Shown: positions 1-9,203 of the stretch, in pieces
How the letters are laid out: each line of letters begins with the position of its first letter
Position numbering within the stretch: the stretch's first letter is position 1
Origin: Aeromonadales bacterium
Lineage (GTDB): Bacteria; Pseudomonadota; Gammaproteobacteria; Enterobacterales; Succinivibrionaceae
DNA: 49,459 nt
Reading direction: 5' to 3'
NCBI GenBank assembly: GCA_012519775.1
Contig: JAAYPN010000068.1
Location: 1 to 49,459, forward strand
The notes under the pieces: model-generated
The model's input: the letters and a program-made list of their open reading frames with translations, nothing else
What the model was told of the DNA's origin: nothing
Databases searched by the model: none
Program-made: the position numbers and the translations under genes

Positions 1-146
1 CTACGTTATGACTATGACAGTGTGGACAAACAGGAGGGGTATTGGGACTTAGGTCTAATGTTATTAAATTGGCTTTTTCATCAATCCTATAGCATGTAAC
101 GTCATGTTCAGGATAGATTTCAGAGAAGGATTTGTAAAATGTCCAT
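1..146 (-). pseudogene. Frameshifted 5' part of a putative transposase
   Basis: ATG at 146 reads MDILQILL* (TGA 120-122); the +1 frame reads SEIYPEHDVTCYRIDEKANLITLDLSPNTPPVCPHCHSHNV to the window edge. Removing one base in codons 3-8 joins the two. Confidence 0.55.
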
Positions 147-195
147 GGGTTGCTCCTTTTGTTTTTTTGGTTATTACCACTTAAGTGAACAACCC
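1..195 (-). mobile_element. Left end of an ISL3-family-like insertion sequence, running off the window
   Basis: Minus strand starts GGGTTGTTCAC at 195 next to a T8 tract (196-203), then RBS AAGGAG (153-158), ATG (146) and a frame encoding ...LITLDLSPNTPPVCPHCHSHNV, a CxxC zinc ribbon typical of ISL3 transposase N-termini. The right end is not visible. Confidence 0.6.
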
Positions 196-375
196 TTTTT
201 TTTGCAATTTTTTCTAAAGAATTAACCTAGTTGATTTAGACTAGCAACAGTTTTCCGGAAGAACCTTTTTATTACATATTTACAATTTTTACAAAAATGT
301 GTCATTTGTCTAAAATTTTACTACAATGAGATATACTTAAAGTTAAATAATTTCTCTTTGATTGAGGACTGATAA

Positions 376-3300
376 ATGATCCCACAGATATCCGACCTAA
401 CCAAGTTAGAGCCACTCTATGAAAAATACCTTAACACCTTAAAAAATCATGGATTTAAAGGCGATGTGGAATTTACACACTCCTCACGACTACTGTGCGC
501 AACTGACAACTCTGTTTATCAGAGAATGCCTCAGGGTGTGATCTTCCCTAAGGATAATGAAGATATCAGCATTGCAGTTAAAGTAAGAAATGCTCCTGTT
601 TTTGAAAAGCTGATTATCACTCCTCGTGGTGGCGGTACCGGTACTAACGGTCAATCATTAAATGATGGTGTAACCATCGACTGCTCTCGCTACATGAAAG
701 CAACTTCTAACTTCAATGAAGAAGACAGATCAATTTACGCTCAGGCAGGCGTAATCAAAGATGAGCTTAACGATTTTCTAAAACCTTATAAGTTATTCTT
801 CTCTCCAGAATTATCAACCTCAAGCAGAGCTTGTCTTGGCGGTATGATTAGTAACGATGCTGCAGGTCAGGGTTCATTAAAATACGGCAGAACATCAAAT
901 CACATTAAGGATGTCACTGTTGTTCTTTTAGATGGCACTATTACCACCTTTGGTTCTGTAAGCGGTGAGAAGCTTCATGAATGTCTGAAAAAAGACGGCC
1001 TTGAAGGTGACATTTACCGCGGCTGCTATGCTTTAGTAAAAGACAACCGTGAGGAAATTGAAAAAGTATTCCCTAAGTTAAACCGCTTCATGACAGGTTA
1101 TGACTTATACAACTGTTACGATCCTGAAACTGATACATTAAATCTTGCAAGAATCATCTGCGGTGCTGAAGGTACCCTTGCAATTATCTGTGGTGCTACA
1201 TTAGATTTAACTAAGACTCCTGATTTCAGAGAGCTTATGGTGGTTAAGTATGAGAACTTTGACAGTGCTCTTCGCCACGCCGTAGATTTGATTGATGCAG
1301 GTGTATTCTCTGTTGAAACTGTAGATTCACGCGTACTCTCTCTTGCTAAAAAAGATACTGTATGGAATAGCGTAAAAGACTATATTCAGGAAGTTGAAGG
1401 TCATGAGATTTTAGGTATCAATATTGTTGAATTCAACGGTTATGATAAAGATGCCGAGCATGAGAAATTATCAAGAATTTTTGATGCTGTATGTGAAAAG
1501 GCAAAGACCTTTGAAAATGGTATCTTAGGTGCTCAGATTGCAAGCACACCAAAGGCTGTTGCTGCAATTTACGGCATGAGAAAGAAATCTGTAGGTCTTT
1601 TAGGCGCAGCAGCTGGCGACAAGAAGCTTGTTGCCTTTACAGAAGATACTGTAGTTCCTCCAAGAAATCTTGCTGACTATATTCTTGAGTTTAGAGCATT
1701 ACTAGATTCTCTAAATGTTACCTACGGTATGTTCGGTCACGTTGATACAGGTCTGATGCATGTAAGACCTGCTCTTGATTTAACCACTGACGAGGATAAA
1801 GAGAAATTAGTAACAATCTCCAACAAGGTTGTAGAGCTTGTTAATAAGTATCAGGGTCAGATGTGGGGCGAGCATGGAAGAGGATACCGCTCATGCTATG
1901 GTGAGGTTTTCTTTAAGAGCTTATATCCTGTTGCAAGAAAGGTAAAAGAGCTTTTTGACCCTAAGAATATTTTAAATCCAGGTAAAATCTGCGTTCCATT
2001 CTCTAATAACGATGACAAGATTGTTTCTATCAACTCTCTTATGCGCGGTGATTTAGACAGAACCATTCCTGTAACTGTAAGAAATTCATTCAAGGGAGCA
2101 GTAAGCTGTAACGGTAACGGTCAGTGCTTCAGCTATGACAAGAGCGCACTGATGTGCCCTAGCTACCGTTACACCAAAAACCACATCAACTCACCTAAAG
2201 GCTACAGCGAGCTGATGCGTGAATGGATGCGCCTGATGAACGACAGAGGTCATAACATTGCATCTGAGGAAGTAGCACTGTTCACCTCAATGCCAAATCC
2301 TGTTAACTTTATCCGTCGTGTCTTTAACACTATTGCAACTAAAGGTACTGACTACTCTACTGAATATCTTGAGCACATCTCTACATGCTTATCATGCAAG
2401 TCATGTAAGAGTATCTGCCCTGCACACGTAAATGCAGCTGATTTAAACTCACGCTTCCTGGCTTTGTATTACAGCCGTTATTTACGTCCTTTAATGGATA
2501 TCCTGATTTTAAATGCAGAATTTTCTCTACCTTTAATGTCTAAGCTTCCAAAGCTTTCAAATGCCGTTTTATCCAATAAGTTCTTTAAGAAGTTTATGGC
2601 TAAGGTATTTGGCTTTGTGGATATTCCTCTATTTAGCACACAGACCTTTGCTAGTGCATGTAAAGAACATGAATTTGAAATTCTAAGTGCGCAAAAGGCA
2701 GAGAAATCAGACTACGAGGTCATCATCGTGACCGATCCGTTTACCGTATGCTATGAGTCAAACGGCTTAATCAAGATGGCTAACTTTATGCGTAATTTAG
2801 GCTATAAGGTGGCTTTCCTGCGTCCATACGTAAACGGCAAGATTAAAATTATTCGCGGTCAGAGAAGAAGCTTCCTGCATTTTGCTGCAAAGCAGTCTGC
2901 AAGATTAGAGAAAATTGCCAAAACCAATAAGGCTTTAGTAGGTTACGATCCTGCACTTACCATCTGCTATAGAGATGAGTACACTCAGATGCTAGGTGAC
3001 AACCGCGGTGAGTTTAACGTACTTCTTCCTGAGGAGTGGTTAAATGAGCAGTTTGGCACACAAAAATTCAATGAGAACTTTGATAAAATCAAAGACAAGG
3101 TATTAGCTGCAGCTAAGAGTGAGAAATTCGCATCTCCTTACTATCTGTTTACTCACTGCACAGAAAGAGCTTTAGTTACCAATGCTCCTTTAATGTGGCA
3201 GACTCTGCTAAACAGATTCGGTTTAGATCTGATCCCACTTAACGTTGCCTGCTGCGGTATGGCAGGTTTATTCGGCCATATTGCTAAAAACCATGACGAG

Positions 3301-3471
3301 ACATATGCCGTATACGAGAAAAACTGGAAAGGCGAGATTGCAAAACGCGATTTTGACCACTGTTTAATCACAGGCTTTAGCTGCCGTTCTCAGGTATACA
3401 GAATGGAACACAAGGAAGCTGTTCATCCATTGTTCGTACTTGACGACTTATTAAATGAGGTCAAAGACTAA
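376..3471 (+). CDS. ydiJ: FAD-binding and Fe-S-binding oxidoreductase (YdiJ / D-2-hydroxyglutarate dehydrogenase family)
   Basis: PRGGGTGTNGQ FAD loop, GEHG motif, CNGNGQC, MCPS and CLSCKSCKSICP Fe-S motifs, C-terminal CCG domain (CCGMAG, GFSCRSQ); RBS GAGG. Confidence 0.85.
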   Translation: MIPQISDLTKLEPLYEKYLNTLKNHGFKGDVEFTHSSRLLCATDNSVYQRMPQGVIFPKDNEDISIAVKVRNAPVFEKLIITPRGGGTGTNGQSLNDGVTIDCSRYMKATSNFNEEDRSIYAQAGVIKDELNDFLKPYKLFFSPELSTSSRACLGGMISNDAAGQGSLKYGRTSNHIKDVTVVLLDGTITTFGSVSGEKLHECLKKDGLEGDIYRGCYALVKDNREEIEKVFPKLNRFMTGYDLYNCYDPETDTLNLARIICGAEGTLAIICGATLDLTKTPDFRELMVVKYENFDSALRHAVDLIDAGVFSVETVDSRVLSLAKKDTVWNSVKDYIQEVEGHEILGINIVEFNGYDKDAEHEKLSRIFDAVCEKAKTFENGILGAQIASTPKAVAAIYGMRKKSVGLLGAAAGDKKLVAFTEDTVVPPRNLADYILEFRALLDSLNVTYGMFGHVDTGLMHVRPALDLTTDEDKEKLVTISNKVVELVNKYQGQMWGEHGRGYRSCYGEVFFKSLYPVARKVKELFDPKNILNPGKICVPFSNNDDKIVSINSLMRGDLDRTIPVTVRNSFKGAVSCNGNGQCFSYDKSALMCPSYRYTKNHINSPKGYSELMREWMRLMNDRGHNIASEEVALFTSMPNPVNFIRRVFNTIATKGTDYSTEYLEHISTCLSCKSCKSICPAHVNAADLNSRFLALYYSRYLRPLMDILILNAEFSLPLMSKLPKLSNAVLSNKFFKKFMAKVFGFVDIPLFSTQTFASACKEHEFEILSAQKAEKSDYEVIIVTDPFTVCYESNGLIKMANFMRNLGYKVAFLRPYVNGKIKIIRGQRRSFLHFAAKQSARLEKIAKTNKALVGYDPALTICYRDEYTQMLGDNRGEFNVLLPEEWLNEQFGTQKFNENFDKIKDKVLAAAKSEKFASPYYLFTHCTERALVTNAPLMWQTLLNRFGLDLIPLNVACCGMAGLFGHIAKNHDETYAVYEKNWKGEIAKRDFDHCLITGFSCRSQVYRMEHKEAVHPLFVLDDLLNEVKD

Positions 3472-3983
3472 TGACACTTCGCAATATCCTGGCTTACTTT
3501 TTTGGTAGCACTATTTTCTTTGTGATAGGACCTGCAATCATTATTGTTTTAGCCTGGTATTGCCCGTATGATTTTATGCCTCAGAATGTTGCATCAAATA
3601 TCTTTGGTGCCATCTGCTCAGCTGCAGGTTTATTCTTTGTGATATGGTCAAACTATGAACTTATAACCAAAGGTAAAGGCGGTGCTGTTGTTGTAGGACC
3701 AATAAAACTTACAAATGAGACTGTAAGACTTGTTACTACAGGACCATATGCTTTATGCAGAAATCCGATGCATATGGGAATTATATTGTTTTATTTAGGT
3801 CTTTGTTGTGCCATAAATTCAATATTAACATTAGTCGTTCCTTTTGGTATGCTTATATTTTCATTCTTATTTGCGTACTTTTTGGATGAACCTCGTTTAA
3901 AAAAAGATTTTCCAGAAGAATATCAAGAGTGGATTAAAGAAGTTCCACAAAGGTTTTGGCCAAAACCTAAAAAGGCCAGATAA
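3471..3983 (+). CDS. Isoprenylcysteine carboxyl methyltransferase / PEMT-family membrane protein
   Basis: Hydrophobic helices, LVTTGPYALCRNPMH motif, EPRL..F.EEY tail; start overlaps the ydiJ stop (TAATG). Confidence 0.8.
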   Translation: MTLRNILAYFFGSTIFFVIGPAIIIVLAWYCPYDFMPQNVASNIFGAICSAAGLFFVIWSNYELITKGKGGAVVVGPIKLTNETVRLVTTGPYALCRNPMHMGIILFYLGLCCAINSILTLVVPFGMLIFSFLFAYFLDEPRLKKDFPEEYQEWIKEVPQRFWPKPKKAR

Positions 3984-4000
3984 TTAGAAAGGAGATTTTC

Positions 4001-5710
4001 ATGACCATGATGTCAGGCGCACAAATGGTAGTGCGTACTCTTGAGGACTTAGGTGTTGAGCATTTATTTGGTTATCCAGGTGGTGCTGTTTTAGATATTT
4101 ATGATGCATTATTAGAATCTAAAAAGATTAAACACATTTTAGGCCGTCATGAGCAGGGAGTAGCACACGCCGCTGATGGTTATGCTCGTTCAACCGGTAA
4201 AGTTGGCATATGCCTTGTAACCTCCGGCCCTGGTGCAACTAACACTGTTACTTCAATTGCAACAGCTTACATGGATTCAATTCCAATGGTTGTATTAACA
4301 GGTCAGGTTGGCACTCCACTAATCGGCTCTGATGCTTTCCAGGAAGTTGATACTGTAGGTATTACAAGACCTATCGTAAAACACTCATATTTATGCCAGT
4401 GTGCTCTGGATATTCCAAAGTATATCCGTCAGGCATTCTATCTTGCTGCATCAGGAAGACCAGGTCCTGTTGTGGTTGATATTCCAAAAGACTGCGTAAG
4501 ACCATCTCTACGCTTTGAATATCCAGAGCAGGAAGGTCCTGTAAAATTACGTTCATACAATCCTACAAAACAGGGGCACCGCGGTCAGGTAAAAAGAGCA
4601 GCAAAACTTATCGCTGAATCTCTACGCCCTGTGATGCTTGTTGGCGGTGGAGCTCAGTTAGGTGGCGCAACCGATGAGGTAAGAGCAATTGCCAAGCGCT
4701 TTAATCTGCCTGTAACCTCAACTCTAATGGGTTTAGGTGTTTATCCATCAACTGATAAACAGTTCCTGGGTATGCTTGGTATGCATGGCACCTATGAAGC
4801 TAACAATGCTATGGATAAGGCTGATGTTGTATTTGCTATCGGCTGTCGCTTTGATGATCGTGTTACTAACAATCTTCAGAAGTTCTGCCCTGCAGCAAAA
4901 ATCATTCACATCGATATCGACCCTGCCTCAATCTCAAAGACTGTAAATGCTGACATTCCTATTGTTGGTGATTCAAAGATTGTATTAAATCAGTTTATCG
5001 AAGCTTTTGACGAGTTTAATTTAAAGGCAAACGAGACCATCTCATCATGGTGGGATGAGATTACAAAGTGGAGACACTTAGATTGTCTAAACTACGCAAA
5101 AGACGACAAACTAATTCAGCCCCAGGAAATTATTGAAGCTGTTTATAAGGCAACCAAGGGTCAGGCTATCATCGCAACTGACGTTGGTCAGCACCAGATG
5201 TTTACCGCTTTATACTACAAATTTGATGAACCAAGACACCTTTTAACATCCGGTGGCTTAGGTACCATGGGTTACGGTTTCCCTGCAGCTGTAGGTGCAG
5301 CTGTTGCATATCCTGACAAGGACGTTTGCTTGTTTACAGGTGACGGTTCATTCCAGATGAATATTCAGGAGCTGTCAACCTGTCTTGAGTATGGTCTGCC
5401 AGTTAAAATCTTTATCTTAGATAACCACACCTTAGGTATGGTTCGTCAGTGGCAGAGAATGTTCTATAAAGGACACATCAGCTCTACAAACTTAAACTCA
5501 AACCCTGACTTTGTGGCTTTAGCTAAAGCCTATGGTCACGAGGGTATGAGAGTTACCGATCCTAAAGATCTGGACAGTGCTGTAGAAAAGGCATTATCCA
5601 TGAAGGATAAGCTGGTGGTTGTTGACATCGTATGTAACACCGATGCTAAGGTTCTACCTATGCAGCAGGCTGGTGGCAGCATGTCAGATATGTTCTTAAA
5701 CGAGGATTAA
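4001..5710 (+). CDS. ilvI: Acetolactate synthase (AHAS III-type) large subunit, copy 1
   Basis: FGYPGGA, RHEQG, TSGPGATN, RFDDRVT, GDGSFQMN TPP motif, LGMVRQWQ; RBS AGGAG at 3990-3994. Confidence 0.93.
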   Translation: MTMMSGAQMVVRTLEDLGVEHLFGYPGGAVLDIYDALLESKKIKHILGRHEQGVAHAADGYARSTGKVGICLVTSGPGATNTVTSIATAYMDSIPMVVLTGQVGTPLIGSDAFQEVDTVGITRPIVKHSYLCQCALDIPKYIRQAFYLAASGRPGPVVVDIPKDCVRPSLRFEYPEQEGPVKLRSYNPTKQGHRGQVKRAAKLIAESLRPVMLVGGGAQLGGATDEVRAIAKRFNLPVTSTLMGLGVYPSTDKQFLGMLGMHGTYEANNAMDKADVVFAIGCRFDDRVTNNLQKFCPAAKIIHIDIDPASISKTVNADIPIVGDSKIVLNQFIEAFDEFNLKANETISSWWDEITKWRHLDCLNYAKDDKLIQPQEIIEAVYKATKGQAIIATDVGQHQMFTALYYKFDEPRHLLTSGGLGTMGYGFPAAVGAAVAYPDKDVCLFTGDGSFQMNIQELSTCLEYGLPVKIFILDNHTLGMVRQWQRMFYKGHISSTNLNSNPDFVALAKAYGHEGMRVTDPKDLDSAVEKALSMKDKLVVVDIVCNTDAKVLPMQQAGGSMSDMFLNED

Positions 5711-5712
5711 CC

Positions 5713-6216
5713 ATGCGTCAGATCATCTCAATCTTACTTGAAAATGAAGTTGGTGCATTATCGCGCGTAGTTGGATTATTCTCTCAGCGAGGTTACAATA
5801 TCGAAAACATTACCGCAGCTCCAACTGAGGATAAGACCCTTTCAAGAATCACTATTCTTACAGAGGGTGACGGCACAATAGTTGAAAGAATCACTAAACA
5901 GCTTCACAAGCTTGTTAACGTAATCAAGGTTTCATCTCAGCAGGACGATTCCTGCGGCATCGTAGAGCGTGAGATCCTATTCGTTAAGGTTCAGGCTGTA
6001 GGCCACACACAACGTGAAGAAATCAAGACTTTATGTGATATCTTCAAGGCAGAAATTGTCGATATTACCCCTGAGTTATACATTCTTCAGTTTGTGAACA
6101 CTTCTTTTGAAGTGGACAGATTCTTAAAGGCTGTCGCAGAGCAGGCAGAAGTCATCGAGACTGTCCGTTCAGGAGTGTGTGGTATTTTCAGAGGCGAACA
6201 CTCTTTACATTCATAA
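5713..6216 (+). CDS. ilvH: Acetolactate synthase small (regulatory) subunit, copy 1
   Basis: ACT domain LENEVGALSRVVGLFSQRGYNI; EREI and RSGV motifs; 2 nt after ilvI. Confidence 0.93.
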   Translation: MRQIISILLENEVGALSRVVGLFSQRGYNIENITAAPTEDKTLSRITILTEGDGTIVERITKQLHKLVNVIKVSSQQDDSCGIVEREILFVKVQAVGHTQREEIKTLCDIFKAEIVDITPELYILQFVNTSFEVDRFLKAVAEQAEVIETVRSGVCGIFRGEHSLHS

Positions 6217-6233
6217 AGATTAAAGAATGCTAT

Positions 6234-6267
6234 AAAGCCTCCTACAATAGTATGGAGGCTTTTTTTT
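6234..6267 (+). terminator. Rho-independent terminator after ilvH copy 1
   Basis: AAAGCCTCC / GGAGGCTTT stem running into a T tract. Confidence 0.8.
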
Positions 6268-6281
6268 GTTATGGAAGCATT

Positions 6282-7298
6282 ATGGAACAGCAATATTCAG
6301 AGCAGAAAAAACAGATCCTAAAACAAATTAATGATCTTTATAAGGACGGCGATCTGTTTAAGGTAATCGATCTTTTAGAGAACTGCCAATTGGACTTTGA
6401 TTTATGTCTTCAGCTTGTACGTACCTATATCAATGTAGCACGACAGTCAGGCGATCCATATACCCTGTTTTCAAAAGCTCAAAGGCTTTTAGATAACTTC
6501 TCAAAGCAGGGCCATGATAATTCCTACTACCAGTTCTATCAGGGATGTATTCTCTTTAATTCAGGTCTTATTGCTGACAGTATTATCCGCTTTGAGCAGG
6601 CACTAAAGTTTGTTCCTGCAACCGATCCTACTCTGCTTTGCAATATACAGATCTATAAAGACAAGGCTACCTCACTTGAAACAGTAGCTTCATTTAATGG
6701 TTGCAGCAAAGATGAAGAGCTTTTGCTTCTTAGCCATTACAAAAAGCACTTTAATAATGAGCCTATGTGTTACTCAAAAGTAGGCAGCGTTAATCTGTAT
6801 GTAATAAAGCCATCAGACAATCATGACTACAACATGCTTGTAACTACAGGTCTTAGCGGTAAAAATCAGAAGTCAAAAGATGGACTATCTGAAGATTTTG
6901 AACTCTGTTTTGCCCTTCCAAAGGATTTTTCAACATCTGATCCAAAAGAAGTACCTTTTGAGATTTCCATGTTTGAAGAGGTGGTTACAAACCTTATCTG
7001 CCAGAAGGATTTTATAGGTTTTGGCTATTATTTAGAAAAAGACAGATCATTTTCAAAGACCACTGCTTTTAACGGCGTGATGTTCTGCGGTCTTGGAGAT
7101 TATAAAAAAGAAGCTCAGTGCATGAGCATAGGGGATAAGACCATCTCCTTTTTAGAGATGATCCCATTACGTCCTATGGAACTTAATTTCAGAAAGAATA
7201 ACTCTGCAAATGCACTGCTAGAATTATTCAAAGAGCAGCAGATAATGCTGACTCCGTTTATAAAGACACGTGACGACGTATGTCGCACCATAAGTTAA
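6282..7298 (+). CDS. TPR-like N-terminus plus suppressor-of-fused (SUFU) domain protein
   Basis: SUFU hallmarks (YNMLVTTGLS, FELCFALP, ISFLEMIPLRPMELNFRKNNSANALLELF); TPR-like YYQFYQGCILF...IIRFEQALKF. Start moved from 6177 to ATG 6282 because the longer ORF overlaps ilvH and its terminator. Confidence 0.7.
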   Translation: MEQQYSEQKKQILKQINDLYKDGDLFKVIDLLENCQLDFDLCLQLVRTYINVARQSGDPYTLFSKAQRLLDNFSKQGHDNSYYQFYQGCILFNSGLIADSIIRFEQALKFVPATDPTLLCNIQIYKDKATSLETVASFNGCSKDEELLLLSHYKKHFNNEPMCYSKVGSVNLYVIKPSDNHDYNMLVTTGLSGKNQKSKDGLSEDFELCFALPKDFSTSDPKEVPFEISMFEEVVTNLICQKDFIGFGYYLEKDRSFSKTTAFNGVMFCGLGDYKKEAQCMSIGDKTISFLEMIPLRPMELNFRKNNSANALLELFKEQQIMLTPFIKTRDDVCRTIS

Positions 7299-7328
7299 TT
7301 ACCATTAGCAGTTAATATAGGAGGCTGT

Positions 7329-7388
7329 ATGAGACTAAACCTTCCTTTCAACTTTTTCCTGAAAAACAAAGTACGAGTGTGCCACTAA
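7329..7388 (+). CDS. Putative 19-aa small ORF MRLNLPFNFFLKNKVRVCH
   Basis: AGGAGG at 7319-7324, 4 nt before ATG; TAA 7386-7388; upstream of ilvI copy 2. Confidence 0.3.
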   Translation: MRLNLPFNFFLKNKVRVCH

Positions 7389-7481
7389 TTTGAACTTTTC
7401 TAGAAATTGCTTAATTGTGTATATAAAGATAATTAAGCTTTAGTGTAAAATTACTGTGTATTTGGTAAAAGAAATTAAATT

Positions 7482-9203
7482 ATGGAAAAATTAAACGGCG
7501 CACAACAGGTAGTTCGAGTATTAGAAGATCTTGGTGTTACCAGAATTTTTGGTTATCCAGGAGCAGCTGTAACAGATATTTACGATGAACTATATGATTC
7601 TAAAAAGATTATTCACACTCTAGCACGACATGAGCAGGGTGCTGTACACATGGCTGACGGCTATGCAAGAGCAACAGGTGAGGTTGGTGTATCAATTGTA
7701 ACCTCAGGTCCTGGTGCTACTAATACAGTAACAGCACTTGCAACAGCCTATGGCGATTCTATTCCTCTTGTTTTAATTACAGGTCAGGTAAGCACAGATT
7801 TAATCGGCACTGATGCTTTCCAGGAAGTTGATACCATGGGTGTCACAAGACCTGTCGTTAAGTACTCATTCTTATGCAAGAAGCCAGAGGATATTGCAAA
7901 AAACATCCGAAAGGCATTCTATATTGCATCAACAGGCCGTAAAGGACCTGTTGTGGTAGATATTCCAAAGAACTGTCAGAACAGAGCTTACGCATTCGAT
8001 TATGATGAGAACCCTGATGTTCGTATAAGATCATACAACCCAACCGTATTCGGTCACAAAGGCCAGATTAAGCGTGCAGTAAGTGAGCTTTTAAAAGCTA
8101 AACAGCCTGTTATGCTATTAGGTGGTGGTGTCGTTCAGGGAGATGCAAGCGAAGAGGCCACAAAGATAGCTCATCGTCTGAATCTGCCTGTAGTCTCAAC
8201 TCTGATGGGTATTTCAGCCTTCCCTGCATCCGACCCTCAGTATCTTGGCATGCTTGGTATGCACGGTCTTTATGAAGCTAATGAGACCATGCACAACTCA
8301 GATTTAATCTTTGCTGTAGGTACTCGCTTTGCAGATAGAGCAACCAACAAGGTTTCAAAGTTCTGCCCTAATGCAACTATCGTTCACATCGATGTTGATC
8401 CTGCTTCAATCTCTAAGACTGTTCAGGCTGACATTCCTATTGTGGGTGATGCCAAGACTATTTTAAGTCAGATTAGCGTTGCCCTTGATGAGGTTCAGGC
8501 TAAAGCATCAGAGAACATCAGTGCATGGTGGGATAAAATCAACACCTTTAAGGCTAAAAACTGCCTGAAGTTTGCCAAAAAAGATGGCATGATAAGACCT
8601 CAGGAAGTTATTCAGGCCATTTCAAAGGTTTGTCATGAACTCAATATCGATCCTATCGTAACTACTGATGTTGGTCAGCACCAGATGTTTACCGCGCAGT
8701 ACTTCAAATTTGAGAAACCAAGACATTTTATTACCTCAGGTGGACTTGGTACCATGGGACTTGGTTTCCCTGCCGCTATCGGCGCACAGTTTGCAAAACC
8801 AAAAGATCTTGTAATCTGTATCTCAGGTGACGGCTCTTTCCAGATGAATATGCAGGAACTTGCCGTGTGCAGAAAGTATAATCTTCCTGTTAAGGTATTT
8901 ATTCTAGATAACTCTGTTTTAGGTATGGTTCGTCAGTTCCAGACCGTATTCTATGAGCAGCGCTACTGCGCTACTAATCTTGATGGTAATCCAGACTTTG
9001 TAAAATTAGTCGATGCCTATGGATTTAAGGGTATCAGAATCACTGATGATGATAAACTTGAAGACACCATAAGACAGGTATTACTAGATAAAGACAATTT
9101 CACCCTGGTTGATATCATTACCGATACCAACACAAGGGTAATGCCATGGCTAAGAGCTAATGGTTCTATGATTGACATGATGTTAAATAACGAGGAGAAA
9201 TAA
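7482..9203 (+). CDS. ilvI: Acetolactate synthase large subunit, copy 2 (divergent active-site residues)
   Basis: RHEQG, TSGPGATN, GDGSFQMN retained; variant motifs FGYPGAA, RFADRAT, LGMVRQFQ. Confidence 0.9.
   Translation: MEKLNGAQQVVRVLEDLGVTRIFGYPGAAVTDIYDELYDSKKIIHTLARHEQGAVHMADGYARATGEVGVSIVTSGPGATNTVTALATAYGDSIPLVLITGQVSTDLIGTDAFQEVDTMGVTRPVVKYSFLCKKPEDIAKNIRKAFYIASTGRKGPVVVDIPKNCQNRAYAFDYDENPDVRIRSYNPTVFGHKGQIKRAVSELLKAKQPVMLLGGGVVQGDASEEATKIAHRLNLPVVSTLMGISAFPASDPQYLGMLGMHGLYEANETMHNSDLIFAVGTRFADRATNKVSKFCPNATIVHIDVDPASISKTVQADIPIVGDAKTILSQISVALDEVQAKASENISAWWDKINTFKAKNCLKFAKKDGMIRPQEVIQAISKVCHELNIDPIVTTDVGQHQMFTAQYFKFEKPRHFITSGGLGTMGLGFPAAIGAQFAKPKDLVICISGDGSFQMNMQELAVCRKYNLPVKVFILDNSVLGMVRQFQTVFYEQRYCATNLDGNPDFVKLVDAYGFKGIRITDDDKLEDTIRQVLLDKDNFTLVDIITDTNTRVMPWLRANGSMIDMMLNNEEK

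Noticed and set aside
120-146. MDILQILL as an Ile/Leu attenuator leader peptide
   Set aside because: The downstream +1 frame is an open, protein-like zinc ribbon, so a frameshifted transposase explains it better.
6177-6281. N-terminal extension of the SUFU ORF given in the ORF track
   Set aside because: It overlaps ilvH and runs through a terminator; ATG 6282 is more plausible.
4371-8043. Two similar antisense 61-aa ORFs (4371-4556 and 7858-8043)
   Set aside because: They are shadows of the homologous ilvI segments, not independent evidence of a gene.
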